A stretch of 64,000 bases of DNA. Origin: Methanobacteriota archaeon (GTDB lineage: Archaea > Thermoplasmatota > Thermoplasmata > RBG-16-68-12 > JAFNFQ01). Location: the NCBI GenBank assembly GCA_017885655.1, contig JAFNFQ010000004.1, positions 89,373 to 153,372 of the forward strand, given 5' to 3'. This document shows, piece after piece, positions 29,751-38,943 of this stretch. The notes under the pieces are model-generated. The model was not told where the DNA came from and made no database searches. It saw only the letters and a program-made list of their open reading frames with translations. Position 1 is the first letter of the stretch. Every line of letters starts with the position of its first letter. A program made the position numbers and the translations under genes.

Positions 29751-29915
29751 CTAGGCCGGCTCGATCTTGCCCCTCATCTCGACTGGGGTCGACCTCATGT
29801 TGTGGATGTTCGACACGTGGCTCAGCGCGAGATTCACTATCTCGTTCTCGTCGTGGCTTCTCACCATGAATCCGCACTCAGGTTCGCATTCAATCTTCTT
29901 CAGATTTGCTGCCAT
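29751..29915 (-). CDS. DUF1059-like small metal-binding protein (54 aa)
   Basis: Translation MAANLKKIECEPECGFMVRSHDENEIVNLALSHVSNIHNMRSTPVEMRGKIEPA with the C-x-C ... H ... H pattern of DUF1059. TATA box upstream. Under 60 aa, so not in the track; the plus-strand ORF 29767-29949 is the antisense artefact. Confidence 0.65.
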   Translation of the reverse strand: MAANLKKIECEPECGFMVRSHDENEIVNLALSHVSNIHNMRSTPVEMRGKIEPA

Positions 29916-29957
29916 GTTATTTGCCCCGGTTTATCTTGTTCTTGTTTAGGCTGCCCG

Positions 29958-29967
29958 AATATATAAA
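29958..29967 (-). promoter_or_regulatory. TATA box (AATATATAAA) for the DUF1059-methyltransferase operon
   Basis: AT-rich box about 43 nt upstream of the DUF1059 ATG in an otherwise GC-rich intergenic region. Confidence 0.45.
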
Positions 29968-30010
29968 CGGTTGCTAATTCCCCGGGAGGACCCTGCCCTG
30001 GTACAATCCC

Positions 30011-32359
30011 TCAAGGCTCCTTCAGACGCCCGAAGCGGCCCAGTTGGCCTTGTTCTTTCCTGAGTTGTTCCTTGTATATCCAGAAAAGAACCAGAAGGCA
30101 CCCGACCGCCAGGGCGACTGTGATCACCCCGCACGCGCTCACGAGGTATAGGCCCGACTCCTCCACGGTGTCTGCCTGGTTGTTGACGAAGCGATTGTTG
30201 TCGAGGACCATGTGGCTCGCGCTGTCGTACCTTATGGCGTAGTTGCTGTTGTGCTGGAAGTAGTTGGAGCGGATTATGGGGCTTGAGGTCCGCACGACGA
30301 CGCCGTGGAGGTTGTCGATGAAGGAGTTGTCCTCGATGAGTGCGTCCGAGCCTTCCGCGACTATCATCGCATAGTTGCAGTTCTCTATCCTGTTGCCGAC
30401 GATGCGCGCCTTGGCGCCGTGCATCTCGATCCCGTCGTCACCCGCGTCGGAAATGGTCGAGTTGGCGATGGTCGGATTCGAGTTCATGATCAGGATTCCG
30501 TTGAGCCTGGCGTTGGGGAACCTCGTCGCGTTGATGATGACGTCGCTGGAATAGATCTCGAGACCGCCATTATAGTTCTCCTGCTTCGGGTCCGCCCAGA
30601 TTCCGGAGATCAGGCTGTTGTCGATCACCGCGGACCCCATGATTTCAAACGTGTAGGCGAAATCGGGGCTCGAGCTCAGCACCTTGGAGTCGGCGCTGAT
30701 GAAGAGCGTCCCGCCATCGGCCACCCATATGCCGAATTCCTTGTCGGAAGTGAGGTTCATGATCAGCGACGTGTTGACGAGCTGGAGGATCTGGCCCGCG
30801 TCGACGAGAATCCAATCGTTCACGTTGATCGTGGCGTTCACATAGGTGCCCGGCGCGAGGCTGCTTGAGGCCGGCTTCGGCTCGATGTAAATCGCCGACT
30901 GCGGGGCGGCGGGAGCGGAGACGGCCATCTCCAGCCCTATGCTGACGAAGAAGAAGGCGAGCGCCACCGCAATGATGGCCGCGGGGACCTTGATGTTCAG
31001 CTTTCTTGGCACAATCTTCTGCATCTTCGTCATCCTGAACGTCATGTAGGTGACCGCGAGCATGACGAAGATCGGCATGACAAGCCCGAGACCGGATAGC
31101 ACGAGGGAGATCGGCTGACCCGAGAACGTGTACAGGATGAACAGTGCGCTGATGAAGGCTGCAAGAGCGGTGGCGGTCGCGTAGAGCCCGTACTCTATCT
31201 TCCTCGAGGAGACGGCCTCCTCGGGCGACACCTCGCCCTTCACGATGAACTCCTCCCGCCCGAGCTTCGCCCGTATGGTGTCTAGCATCTCCGGGAAACC
31301 TCGCATCCTCTTCCTGATCGCGATGCTCTGCCTCGGATTGGCGGTCCTGAAGATGTAGACCTGGCCGTCTATGAAATTGCTCATCTCCGTGATGTCGCGC
31401 AACTCGCCGAATGAGTAGAAGAAAGTCCGCCCGCCAAACGGCGCGGTCGCCTCGATCCCGTTTTCATAGATTCTGACAGGTTTCAGTCTCCGGCTCATGA
31501 AAATGAGCACGATGCCGACGGCGGCAAGCATCGGGCCGAAAACGAAGAACATCATCAGCAGGAAGAAGAAAAGCGTCGGGAGCACCATGGCGAGGAGCGC
31601 GACCCCTATGCCCGCGATCGCGATGCCGACGCCGATGAGCAAAGCCCCGCCTCTGATGAAAGCCTCCGCCCTCTCGCCGATGTCCTCTTGGCTCTCTTCG
31701 AGGAGCAGCTTGCCCTTACCTTCCACCGCGGGCTTTGGCGGTGGCATCCCGAACGGTCTCATCTCGGCCGATCGCGGGGTTCCCGGACCCCGCATGCTCT
31801 TGTGGATGAGGAGGTCGCCCTCCATGAAGTTGCCCCAGAGAGTCTCGTTCTCGCGGTAGGTCTGGTACCATCGCGGCCCCATCGCCTGCTTGAGGATCGG
31901 GATCAGCTTTTCGAAGTCGTGCGCTCTCGAGCTGACGAGGAGCGCCATGGAGCTCTCCGTCTCTATCTGCAGAGCCTTGAACGATGCGGGGCCGGTCCAG
32001 ATCGAGTCGGTCTTCGTGAAGGGGTTCTCTATCTTCACTGGGTAGATGTCGGATATCTCCGACCAGGGCACGAAGATGTACTTTCCTTTCTTGCCCACGC
32101 TGAACTTGGCGTAGATGCCGTTCTGGTAGATCGCAATGCCTTCATGCGAGACGAGCTTGCGCTTGTACAGAGGAGATCCCTGAGGTCTCGCCTGAGGGTT
32201 CATCGCCCTGTATCTCCTGTTGGCCTCCTTCAGGGCCTTGACCTGCGTCTTGTCGAGTTTGACCCAGCTGTGGACCACCTTGCCGTAGCGCTTGATTCCG
32301 TACCAGAGCGCCAGGGGAATGCCGAAGGCGACTGCAAAGATCGCGATATCCTCTATCAC
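30011..32359 (-). CDS. Membrane protein with extracytoplasmic right-handed parallel beta-helix (NosD/pectate-lyase-like) repeats and a C-terminal TM anchor
   Basis: Several TM helices in the N-terminal half, then repeats (NSNPTIANSTISDAGDDGIEMHG, RIVGNRIENCNYAMIV, IEDNSFIDNLHGVVV, IRSNYFQHNSNYAIRY), then a final TM helix. Confidence 0.75.
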   Translation of the reverse strand: MIEDIAIFAVAFGIPLALWYGIKRYGKVVHSWVKLDKTQVKALKEANRRYRAMNPQARPQGSPLYKRKLVSHEGIAIYQNGIYAKFSVGKKGKYIFVPWSEISDIYPVKIENPFTKTDSIWTGPASFKALQIETESSMALLVSSRAHDFEKLIPILKQAMGPRWYQTYRENETLWGNFMEGDLLIHKSMRGPGTPRSAEMRPFGMPPPKPAVEGKGKLLLEESQEDIGERAEAFIRGGALLIGVGIAIAGIGVALLAMVLPTLFFFLLMMFFVFGPMLAAVGIVLIFMSRRLKPVRIYENGIEATAPFGGRTFFYSFGELRDITEMSNFIDGQVYIFRTANPRQSIAIRKRMRGFPEMLDTIRAKLGREEFIVKGEVSPEEAVSSRKIEYGLYATATALAAFISALFILYTFSGQPISLVLSGLGLVMPIFVMLAVTYMTFRMTKMQKIVPRKLNIKVPAAIIAVALAFFFVSIGLEMAVSAPAAPQSAIYIEPKPASSSLAPGTYVNATINVNDWILVDAGQILQLVNTSLIMNLTSDKEFGIWVADGGTLFISADSKVLSSSPDFAYTFEIMGSAVIDNSLISGIWADPKQENYNGGLEIYSSDVIINATRFPNARLNGILIMNSNPTIANSTISDAGDDGIEMHGAKARIVGNRIENCNYAMIVAEGSDALIEDNSFIDNLHGVVVRTSSPIIRSNYFQHNSNYAIRYDSASHMVLDNNRFVNNQADTVEESGLYLVSACGVITVALAVGCLLVLFWIYKEQLRKEQGQLGRFGRLKEP

Positions 32360-32766
32360 AGTCTCATCTCAGCGCAGCTCTTCTGATGACTCTCCCATAC
32401 CTTCCTGCTATTGAACCTCTTGCCGCAGTGCTTGCATGCGAAGTCTCCCGCAATAACGGCGGGTTCTATGCTCCCCATGCGGTAGACGGTCATGAGCGAG
32501 ATCCCCAATCCGACGAAGAGCAGGACCGTGACGAACACCATGAACATGGTCTGCAGGATCTCCTTGTTGGGGAGAAGGACGAGGAGGCAGAGGAAGACCA
32601 CGCCGAAGACACCGTAGAGAACAGCCATCGCCCAGATCCTGCCGGCGGCCTCTGGCCTCACCGTCGTTGGCGGGGCCGGGATGGGCTTGCCCGCCCTGGG
32701 AGGTGAGAAACCTTGCGTCCTCGGAGTCATCCCCATGAATCCTGCCCCCTGCAGCGGCTGAAGCAT
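32356..32766 (-). CDS. Small membrane protein with a C-terminal C2HC zinc-finger-like motif
   Basis: Two TM helices, then CKHCGKRFNSRKVWESHQKSC. ATGA overlap with the downstream beta-helix gene. Confidence 0.55.
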   Translation of the reverse strand: MLQPLQGAGFMGMTPRTQGFSPPRAGKPIPAPPTTVRPEAAGRIWAMAVLYGVFGVVFLCLLVLLPNKEILQTMFMVFVTVLLFVGLGISLMTVYRMGSIEPAVIAGDFACKHCGKRFNSRKVWESHQKSCAEMRL

Positions 32767-32912
32767 GCTCCATGGTCAAATGCTTTGCGCCAGAGGAGTG
32801 GGTGTATTCATTCATGCGGGACATACGTCGAGCATCCTCTCGATGGCGGTAAGCCCGGTTCGGGCCTGCAAAGCTTGCTGCGCATTTCGCGAATCCGCTT
32901 TCTGCTCTCTCC

Positions 32913-33104
32913 TTAGTAGCCAGGGACGGCCCAGTTGACGTCGCTGCTGACGCGGATCATATAGGCGTAGCCAGTCATCAGGTGCGTCGATGTTCCAGCC
33001 CCCGCATTCGGCACAGTGCCGAGATACGCGAACGGGCTGGTCACGACAAGGCCAATCAGGAGAAGGGCCATGCCTGCTCTTCCGAATCCGATTTCATTTT
33101 TCAT
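32913..33104 (-). CDS. Small hydrophobic protein (63 aa) translationally coupled to the InlB-repeat surface protein
   Basis: ATG overlaps the upstream TGA (ATGA) and is preceded by AGGAGGAAGGAAA. Product MKNEIGFGRAGMALLLIGLVVTSPFAYLGTVPNAG... has one TM segment. Confidence 0.5.
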   Translation of the reverse strand: MKNEIGFGRAGMALLLIGLVVTSPFAYLGTVPNAGAGTSTHLMTGYAYMIRVSSDVNWAVPGY

Positions 33105-35713
33105 TTTCCTTCCTCCTGCGATCCGAGCTCTCTCGATGATCCTTCCCCGCCACGAGGATTGGTCGGAGGCACGATTTTCTTGTCCGCTCTCCCGGCCTTC
33201 CGACCCGACTCCTCTTCCCTTGCTCGCTTGCGGTGCAAATAGAACAGCAGAAGCGCGGTGAGGATCACCGCCAATAGGATTGCCGCGATGACGACCAACG
33301 CTGTCGGGAATGGAGAGGGCTGTTGTGAAGGCGTCTGTTCGACCCAGGTCGCAGTCACGGCTTTTGGCGAGTCCATGAGTACTGCCACGTGGAGATCCCT
33401 GCCGCTCGCGTCCCCGGTCCATCCGTTGAAGTCCCAGACCGTGCCGTAGGAATCCGTGAAGGTGGAGTTGACAGTCAATGAGGCGACCGATTGATTGTTG
33501 TACCAGCCCTCGCCCGCAGGCTCCTCGCATTCAGCGCTCCCGCCGCAGTCCGACGACACCGTCAGCCGGAACTGCACTGCCCAGTTGGCGGTGACCGTCA
33601 GGGGCGTGTCCATTGTCACGGTCACCTGATCGTCCGTGCCGCTCGCGCCGCCCGACCATTCGGTGAATATGCAGCGCGTGCCGCCGTTCACGCTGACAGT
33701 CTCGGAAATGGCGACGGTGGCCTCCGACCCCTCGTCGTACCAGCCCGCTCCGGTCGGCGAGCCGCAGTTGGTGATCGAGGAGCACTCCGATACTATGGTC
33801 AGGAGGAACTGGGGTTCCCACGCCGCTGAAACTTCCTTGGCCGCGTTCATCGTCAGCACCAGAGGGTTCGAGGTGCCGGAGGCGTCCATCCCCCAGCCGA
33901 TGAACTTCTGCCTGGTGTCGGTGCTGATGACGAAAGGATCCTCCAATGTCACAGACGCGGTTGTTCCGTTCAGATACCAGCAATCCGCATTCGAGCACTG
34001 GGGATTCCCATAAAGGGAAAGCACCGTCAAATGGAAGAAGATCGTCCATTCGGCGACCGCCGTCATCGGAGCAATCATCAACAGTTGGGCAGACGTGTCG
34101 GTTCCGCTTGCGTCGCCGGACCACTGCACGAACTCATAGCGGCCGCCGTTACCGTCCAGCCACGGCGAAGTCACCTGCGCCGTCGCGGGCTCGGATAGGT
34201 CGTACCAGCAGTCTGTGCGTTCGACGCAGCGGATGTCTCCGATTATCGGAGGGGATAGTGTGAGTTTCACCTGCATGCGACCGTAGAATGCAATATAGTC
34301 CTCCGGTGCGGCGATGAGGACTCGGCGTTGCGACAAGAAGACTCCATCCGACCATTGAGTGAAGGCGTACCTGACCAGAACGAGTTCGTAATTCAGAACC
34401 GTCAGGTTGAGCCAGTGCATCGACTGGTTCTCCCACCATAAGGACGTCAGGCCGTTACAGTTCACGTCGTCGACGCTGAAGTCGATGTTCGTTGGACTGG
34501 TATCGACCCTCACAAGGAAATCGAGATAGCACACGGCCGTCTCTGTGATACTGCCAAGAATCGTGATCGTCGCGTTCGGGTCGGGGCCCGTGTAGTTCCC
34601 GGGTCCATCGCCAATCCACATCTCGAAGCGGTACCGCGTTCGCGGCGGGAGAACTGTCGGCGGAACCCACATCAATTGCACGTCCGTCCCCATGTCTACC
34701 CAAATGGTGATTGGCGGATCGCCCGTGCATATAAACTGCAAGGTGAGCAGGCATTCGGCGTTGAATATCACGATGTACGTCGCCGGACCCGTCACAGGGC
34801 CGATGGGTCGAATCTGGCTGAGGTAGCCATCCGACCACTGCATGAATGTGAATCTGCAATCGTCGAACCGCTGTGGCGAGTTTATGATTAGACTCGGAGA
34901 GGAGTTCTCATCCGCCCAGCAGTGGACTGGGGTGGTCATCGGCACGTCGCATCCGGGTATGTCGCTCCCTATCAAGAGAGGTTCAGGGACGTTCGACTGG
35001 ATCGTTATCAGATACTGTTTGATGAAGCTGGCCACGAATGTCTGAGACCCGTTGATGGTCACGTTCCAGCCCCATGTAGTGGGTCCCCCGATCCACCGGT
35101 CGAACCGATACCGCGTGTCCACCGGGTTCGACGGCTGTGGCGAAACGGTGTACAGCATGTGCGCCGAGCCGTTCTGGAGGACAAGATTCGTCGGAGCAAT
35201 CTGCAGCGGACTCGAGTCGATGCCGACCATCAACCCGGTCGGGATCGTGTCAATCGTGATTGTGACATCCTGATCAAGTGTCGGGTCGGTCCCCGAATTC
35301 GGACGCTCTTCCTGAATCGCGCTCCTAGAACGGCTTATTGCCGCGTTAGTCGAATCAGTCTGACCTGCACCGACCTGATCGGTCGCTCCGCTCGATTCAG
35401 TCTGCTCCTTCACGTCGCCCTGGGTGCCCGCGTTCAGCTCGAGCTGCGTGTCGTCCGGGACTGGGCCGCCCTTCTCCTGAATCTGCGCTTCCGGCAGAAC
35501 CATTGTGACACCGCCCGGGTCAGCCGCCATGGGGGACCCCATGTCCAGCTGTATTTCAGGCGGTGGAATCGTTGTGAGCCCGGACGAGTCCGGGCGTACT
35601 GCGTCCGCTCCCGTGTCCGGCCTGGCGCCGAGCACCGGAGCAAGACAGGAGAAGAGGGCCACAACGACAAGAAGCAGAGCGCTAGCTCTACAGAGTCTAA
35701 GCTCTTGTAACAT
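33101..35713 (-). CDS. Secreted, C-terminally membrane-anchored protein with about eight InlB-B-repeat-like modules
   Basis: ATG at 35713 with GGAGGAGG 7 nt upstream; signal peptide MLQELRLCRASALLLVVVALFSCLAPVLGA. Repeated F.(Q/E)WSGDASGTD / RYRF..W.GG motifs, C-terminal TM helix and basic tail. The track start 35761 is TTG. Confidence 0.65.
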   Translation of the reverse strand: MLQELRLCRASALLLVVVALFSCLAPVLGARPDTGADAVRPDSSGLTTIPPPEIQLDMGSPMAADPGGVTMVLPEAQIQEKGGPVPDDTQLELNAGTQGDVKEQTESSGATDQVGAGQTDSTNAAISRSRSAIQEERPNSGTDPTLDQDVTITIDTIPTGLMVGIDSSPLQIAPTNLVLQNGSAHMLYTVSPQPSNPVDTRYRFDRWIGGPTTWGWNVTINGSQTFVASFIKQYLITIQSNVPEPLLIGSDIPGCDVPMTTPVHCWADENSSPSLIINSPQRFDDCRFTFMQWSDGYLSQIRPIGPVTGPATYIVIFNAECLLTLQFICTGDPPITIWVDMGTDVQLMWVPPTVLPPRTRYRFEMWIGDGPGNYTGPDPNATITILGSITETAVCYLDFLVRVDTSPTNIDFSVDDVNCNGLTSLWWENQSMHWLNLTVLNYELVLVRYAFTQWSDGVFLSQRRVLIAAPEDYIAFYGRMQVKLTLSPPIIGDIRCVERTDCWYDLSEPATAQVTSPWLDGNGGRYEFVQWSGDASGTDTSAQLLMIAPMTAVAEWTIFFHLTVLSLYGNPQCSNADCWYLNGTTASVTLEDPFVISTDTRQKFIGWGMDASGTSNPLVLTMNAAKEVSAAWEPQFLLTIVSECSSITNCGSPTGAGWYDEGSEATVAISETVSVNGGTRCIFTEWSGGASGTDDQVTVTMDTPLTVTANWAVQFRLTVSSDCGGSAECEEPAGEGWYNNQSVASLTVNSTFTDSYGTVWDFNGWTGDASGRDLHVAVLMDSPKAVTATWVEQTPSQQPSPFPTALVVIAAILLAVILTALLLFYLHRKRAREEESGRKAGRADKKIVPPTNPRGGEGSSRELGSQEEGK

Positions 35714-35928
35714 CGTCGTGCCTCCTCCAATCGAAGCCCTATCAGGGGCATCGAAAGTCAAAGCGATATCCGACTATTTAATAACAAATGTCGAGGAGGT
35801 GCGATTGAACGCGGATGCCGACGACATGGGGAATTCCCGCCATTTTCGGAGCGCTGTCGTCCTATCATGTCGCGATGCTACAGCGACACCGATAGGCCTT
35901 TGAGCCGCCGCGCACTTTCTCCCTGCGC

Positions 35929-38811
35929 TTGAAACGACAGAAGGAAAGGATCGAACGTCAAGTGCGGGAGGGCTTTGCGGCCCTGGCGGAGAACGACGTG
36001 GAGGCAGCGGAGCGCCACTTCAGAATAGCCGGTCACACTCTCGGCATCGCGCTCGCCTGCTATCACGGCCGGTTTTGGGAGCGAGCGACCAGCAAGGCCC
36101 TGGCGGCACTGGCCATGGCGGGACCTGGAACCGAGGACGAGGCGGTCGCCCTCAAGGTCCTCGCGATCGCTTCCAAGCAGCCGGGAGAGAAAGAGGTCAG
36201 AGGCGCCGCGCAGCAGCGGCGGGAGGCGCTCATCAAGCGCGCGGAGGAGCGGCTGGACGGGGTCGAATGGGGGCCAGTGCATGGCCTGATGCGCGAGCTG
36301 GCGAAGAAGCAGCCCGCCATCTACGGGGCTCTCGCCTCCGTCCGCATGGGGCGGAAAATGGTGAAAGCGGGTTTCCGGACAATAGTCGACTTCGTTCTTG
36401 CGGGAGATTACCACCGGGCGGCCTGTCTGGGCGACGACCTCACGCGCATAGAGGCGACGACCTGGGGGCTCGCGGCGGAGTTCTCCCTCTGCCCGGACTG
36501 CCTGGAGGAGTGGTTCGAGCCAGCTCCGGGGGAGCCGCCAAACGTGGCGCTGAACCGCTTGAGCGCGCTGACCGGGACGATACTCTTCGAGTTCACGTGG
36601 AAGAGTCCGGAGCACGCGCTGATCCTCGGGATCTCGGCGCTTCACTTCGCCGAGTTCAGGGCCCGCCACGGGGAGGACGTCGCGAGGCTCGTCGAGCGCG
36701 CGCAGGTCTACTACGATGCGGCCGCGGCACCGCAGTCGCTCGCGCCCGAGGAGGCGGGGCGCTGGACCGCCTGCGTCGAATATCACAGGGGGCGTGTACT
36801 CGAACTGGGGAAGAACGAGGCGGCCGCGCTGGCCCTCGTTGAGAAGGTCGCCTCGGGGTCTGCCGCCCCGTGGAACGAGAGGGCGCAGGAGGTGGCCGAT
36901 AGGATCCGCCGCCGCCAGGCGTCGGAGGCGAAAAGGGCGCGCGTCGCGACCCTGCGCGGGGAATGCGAGGCTGCGAGGAAGAAAAGCGATGGCGAGGTCG
37001 AGCTCGCCGCCCTGAAAGCCCTTTCATCGGAGATTGATCTGGAGCTCGGCCAGCTCGAGAGGCTCTCGCGCCTCCGCGACGAGGATCACGATCCAGGCTG
37101 GACGGACATAGCGATAAAGGCCGCGGCGAAAGGATCGCACGACGAGAACCTGTCAAGGCGTCTCGGGGAGGAGGCTGCCGTGCGGTGGTCGGAGGGGAAA
37201 GGACGCGAAGCATTGAACCTCTTCATTCTGGCCCGCCGCATCGCTCCGCTGTCGCTCGACGTGATGTCGGCGTACGCGGCAGTGCTCGCCTCGTTCGGCC
37301 GCAATGCCGAGGCGGCGAAGGCGTACGCGGCGATCGGCCACAGGGAGCCCATGCACTTCCTCGAGAGCGCGCGCTGCTTCATGGCGGCGGGCGAGGAGAG
37401 GCGCGCGGTCGCGGTGGTGCAGGCGCTGTTCGTCGCGTCGGACGCGGTCCGCCTGTGGGAGGATGGTCTGCGCCTTGTCGAGTCCCATACCACACCGCCG
37501 GCCCTGCGCCTCCTGGCCAGACTGCTGCTGGACCGGCAACCTGAGAACGAATTCGCCCGCACCGCCCTTGCCCGTGCAGAGGCGGAGGCGTACCGCGCGG
37601 CGGTCGAGGAGCGCGAGAGAGTACGTGCAGTTGCGCGCGTGGCCGCGAAGACGGGAGACTGGCGGAAGGTGAGGGATTCCCTGCAGAGCGTGCAGGAGAA
37701 TGTGAGGGACGGCGAACTCTGGAACCTGCTCGCCCGGGCTCATGAGGCCCTCGGTGAGGGGGAGGAAGCCCTGCGGTGCTACGAGGCGATGCCGCAGACG
37801 GCAGCCTCGATGGCGGGCCGCGCGCGCAGCCTCGTCCGCCTGAGGAGGTTCGAGGATGCCCGCGAGACTCTGGAGCATCTCCGTGACCGATTGGAGCCCG
37901 AGGAGGAGCCGGAGCTGGGGAGCGACCCTGATGTCAAGGGGCTGTGGGCCGAAGTGAAGGGCGACCTGCAGCTGGCGGCGCGGCTGTATGTCGATGAGGC
38001 GATGCTCCGCTCTCTGATCATGAAGGCGCGCGAGCGGGAGGATGCGCTGGCGGAGCTGGAGGCGCTCTCGGTCATCGCCGCGCGCGATGAAGCGTGCGTC
38101 GGCGAGCTCATGGACCGCGTGCGGGCCCTTGAGGGGCGCCTGCCTGTCCGCGCGAAGGCGCGCATCGTCCGAGATCGCATGCCCTCGCTCGTCCTGTGCG
38201 ACACGAACGTGCTGCTGTCGAGGGTGCTCGAGGGCGTCCCCCTGCCGGGCGATCTGAAAGCGCTCGGCAATCCGCGGGGTGTTGAGCGTTTCGAGACGCT
38301 CAGGTCGCAGAGGGGGAACGCGGTTCTCGCGGTCACGGATACCGTGGCGGGGGAGCTGAGGTCCCTGCTCAAGTACCAGATGGCGGTCCGGGAGGACGAG
38401 GAGGCGGAGAAGGCGCTCGAGGAGGTCATGCGGCGCGCGGAGCAGCTCGTGTCGGAGATGCGGGTGGAGAAGGTCGCCGGCCTCTCGCCGAGGCCGCCAC
38501 CGGAGTACTCGGAGCGCGTGAGGTCATTCTATAGGTCAATGGGCCCGCGCCTGCGTGCGATTACTCGGCGCAAGGTGAGCAGGCGGCCCGAGCGGTCGTC
38601 GGAGATCCTCGGCCGGCGGGGAGTGAGCAAGGGCAAGCCGGGGCGCGCGCCGATGCCGGAGGCGGTGGACCAACGGCTGCTCGCCGAGGCGGCGTCGCTC
38701 GTTGACGGGCCGCTGCCCGGGTTCGGCGGCGTGGGCATCCTGTCCGACGACGCTGACTTCCGGAGCTTCGCGCGGGAGATCGAGACGACATTCGGCGTGA
38801 GGATTCACTGA
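35929..38811 (+). CDS. Large alpha-helical (TPR-like) protein with a C-terminal PIN-domain nuclease
   Basis: Ala/Arg/Glu-rich helical repeats over roughly 750 aa, then a PIN core LVLCDTNVLL ... AVTDTV ... QRLLAEAA ... GILSDDADF. Many overlapping alternative-frame ORFs are by-products of high GC. Confidence 0.7.
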   Translation: MKRQKERIERQVREGFAALAENDVEAAERHFRIAGHTLGIALACYHGRFWERATSKALAALAMAGPGTEDEAVALKVLAIASKQPGEKEVRGAAQQRREALIKRAEERLDGVEWGPVHGLMRELAKKQPAIYGALASVRMGRKMVKAGFRTIVDFVLAGDYHRAACLGDDLTRIEATTWGLAAEFSLCPDCLEEWFEPAPGEPPNVALNRLSALTGTILFEFTWKSPEHALILGISALHFAEFRARHGEDVARLVERAQVYYDAAAAPQSLAPEEAGRWTACVEYHRGRVLELGKNEAAALALVEKVASGSAAPWNERAQEVADRIRRRQASEAKRARVATLRGECEAARKKSDGEVELAALKALSSEIDLELGQLERLSRLRDEDHDPGWTDIAIKAAAKGSHDENLSRRLGEEAAVRWSEGKGREALNLFILARRIAPLSLDVMSAYAAVLASFGRNAEAAKAYAAIGHREPMHFLESARCFMAAGEERRAVAVVQALFVASDAVRLWEDGLRLVESHTTPPALRLLARLLLDRQPENEFARTALARAEAEAYRAAVEERERVRAVARVAAKTGDWRKVRDSLQSVQENVRDGELWNLLARAHEALGEGEEALRCYEAMPQTAASMAGRARSLVRLRRFEDARETLEHLRDRLEPEEEPELGSDPDVKGLWAEVKGDLQLAARLYVDEAMLRSLIMKAREREDALAELEALSVIAARDEACVGELMDRVRALEGRLPVRAKARIVRDRMPSLVLCDTNVLLSRVLEGVPLPGDLKALGNPRGVERFETLRSQRGNAVLAVTDTVAGELRSLLKYQMAVREDEEAEKALEEVMRRAEQLVSEMRVEKVAGLSPRPPPEYSERVRSFYRSMGPRLRAITRRKVSRRPERSSEILGRRGVSKGKPGRAPMPEAVDQRLLAEAASLVDGPLPGFGGVGILSDDADFRSFAREIETTFGVRIH

Positions 38812-38943
38812 GAGCTGCCGGGGCGGCGCGGTCTGAGCGTCCTTCATTGTCCCTACTTCAAGGAATCAGACAAGGCATCTGCATCAAGATTCCGTCATCG
38901 CCGGAATCGCATGGTTTAACATCCGCGGGGAGTTCCCACGGAC

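Noticed and set aside
29767-29949. 60-aa plus-strand ORF (TTG start)
   Set aside because: Antisense to the DUF1059-like gene. The product is a hydrophobic non-protein-like string.
35775-35786. CTATTTAATAAC TATA-like box in the 33101-35761 / 35929 divergent intergenic region
   Set aside because: It is too close (about 20 nt) to the TTG start of the minus gene and about 150 nt from the plus gene, so the assignment is ambiguous. Not listed as a feature.
36075-38429. Multiple 100-255-aa ORFs on both strands inside the TPR-PIN gene (e.g. 36075-36842, 37153-37878, 37779-38429)
   Set aside because: All are R/A/G/P/S-rich with no motifs. They are by-products of the very GC-rich coding sequence.
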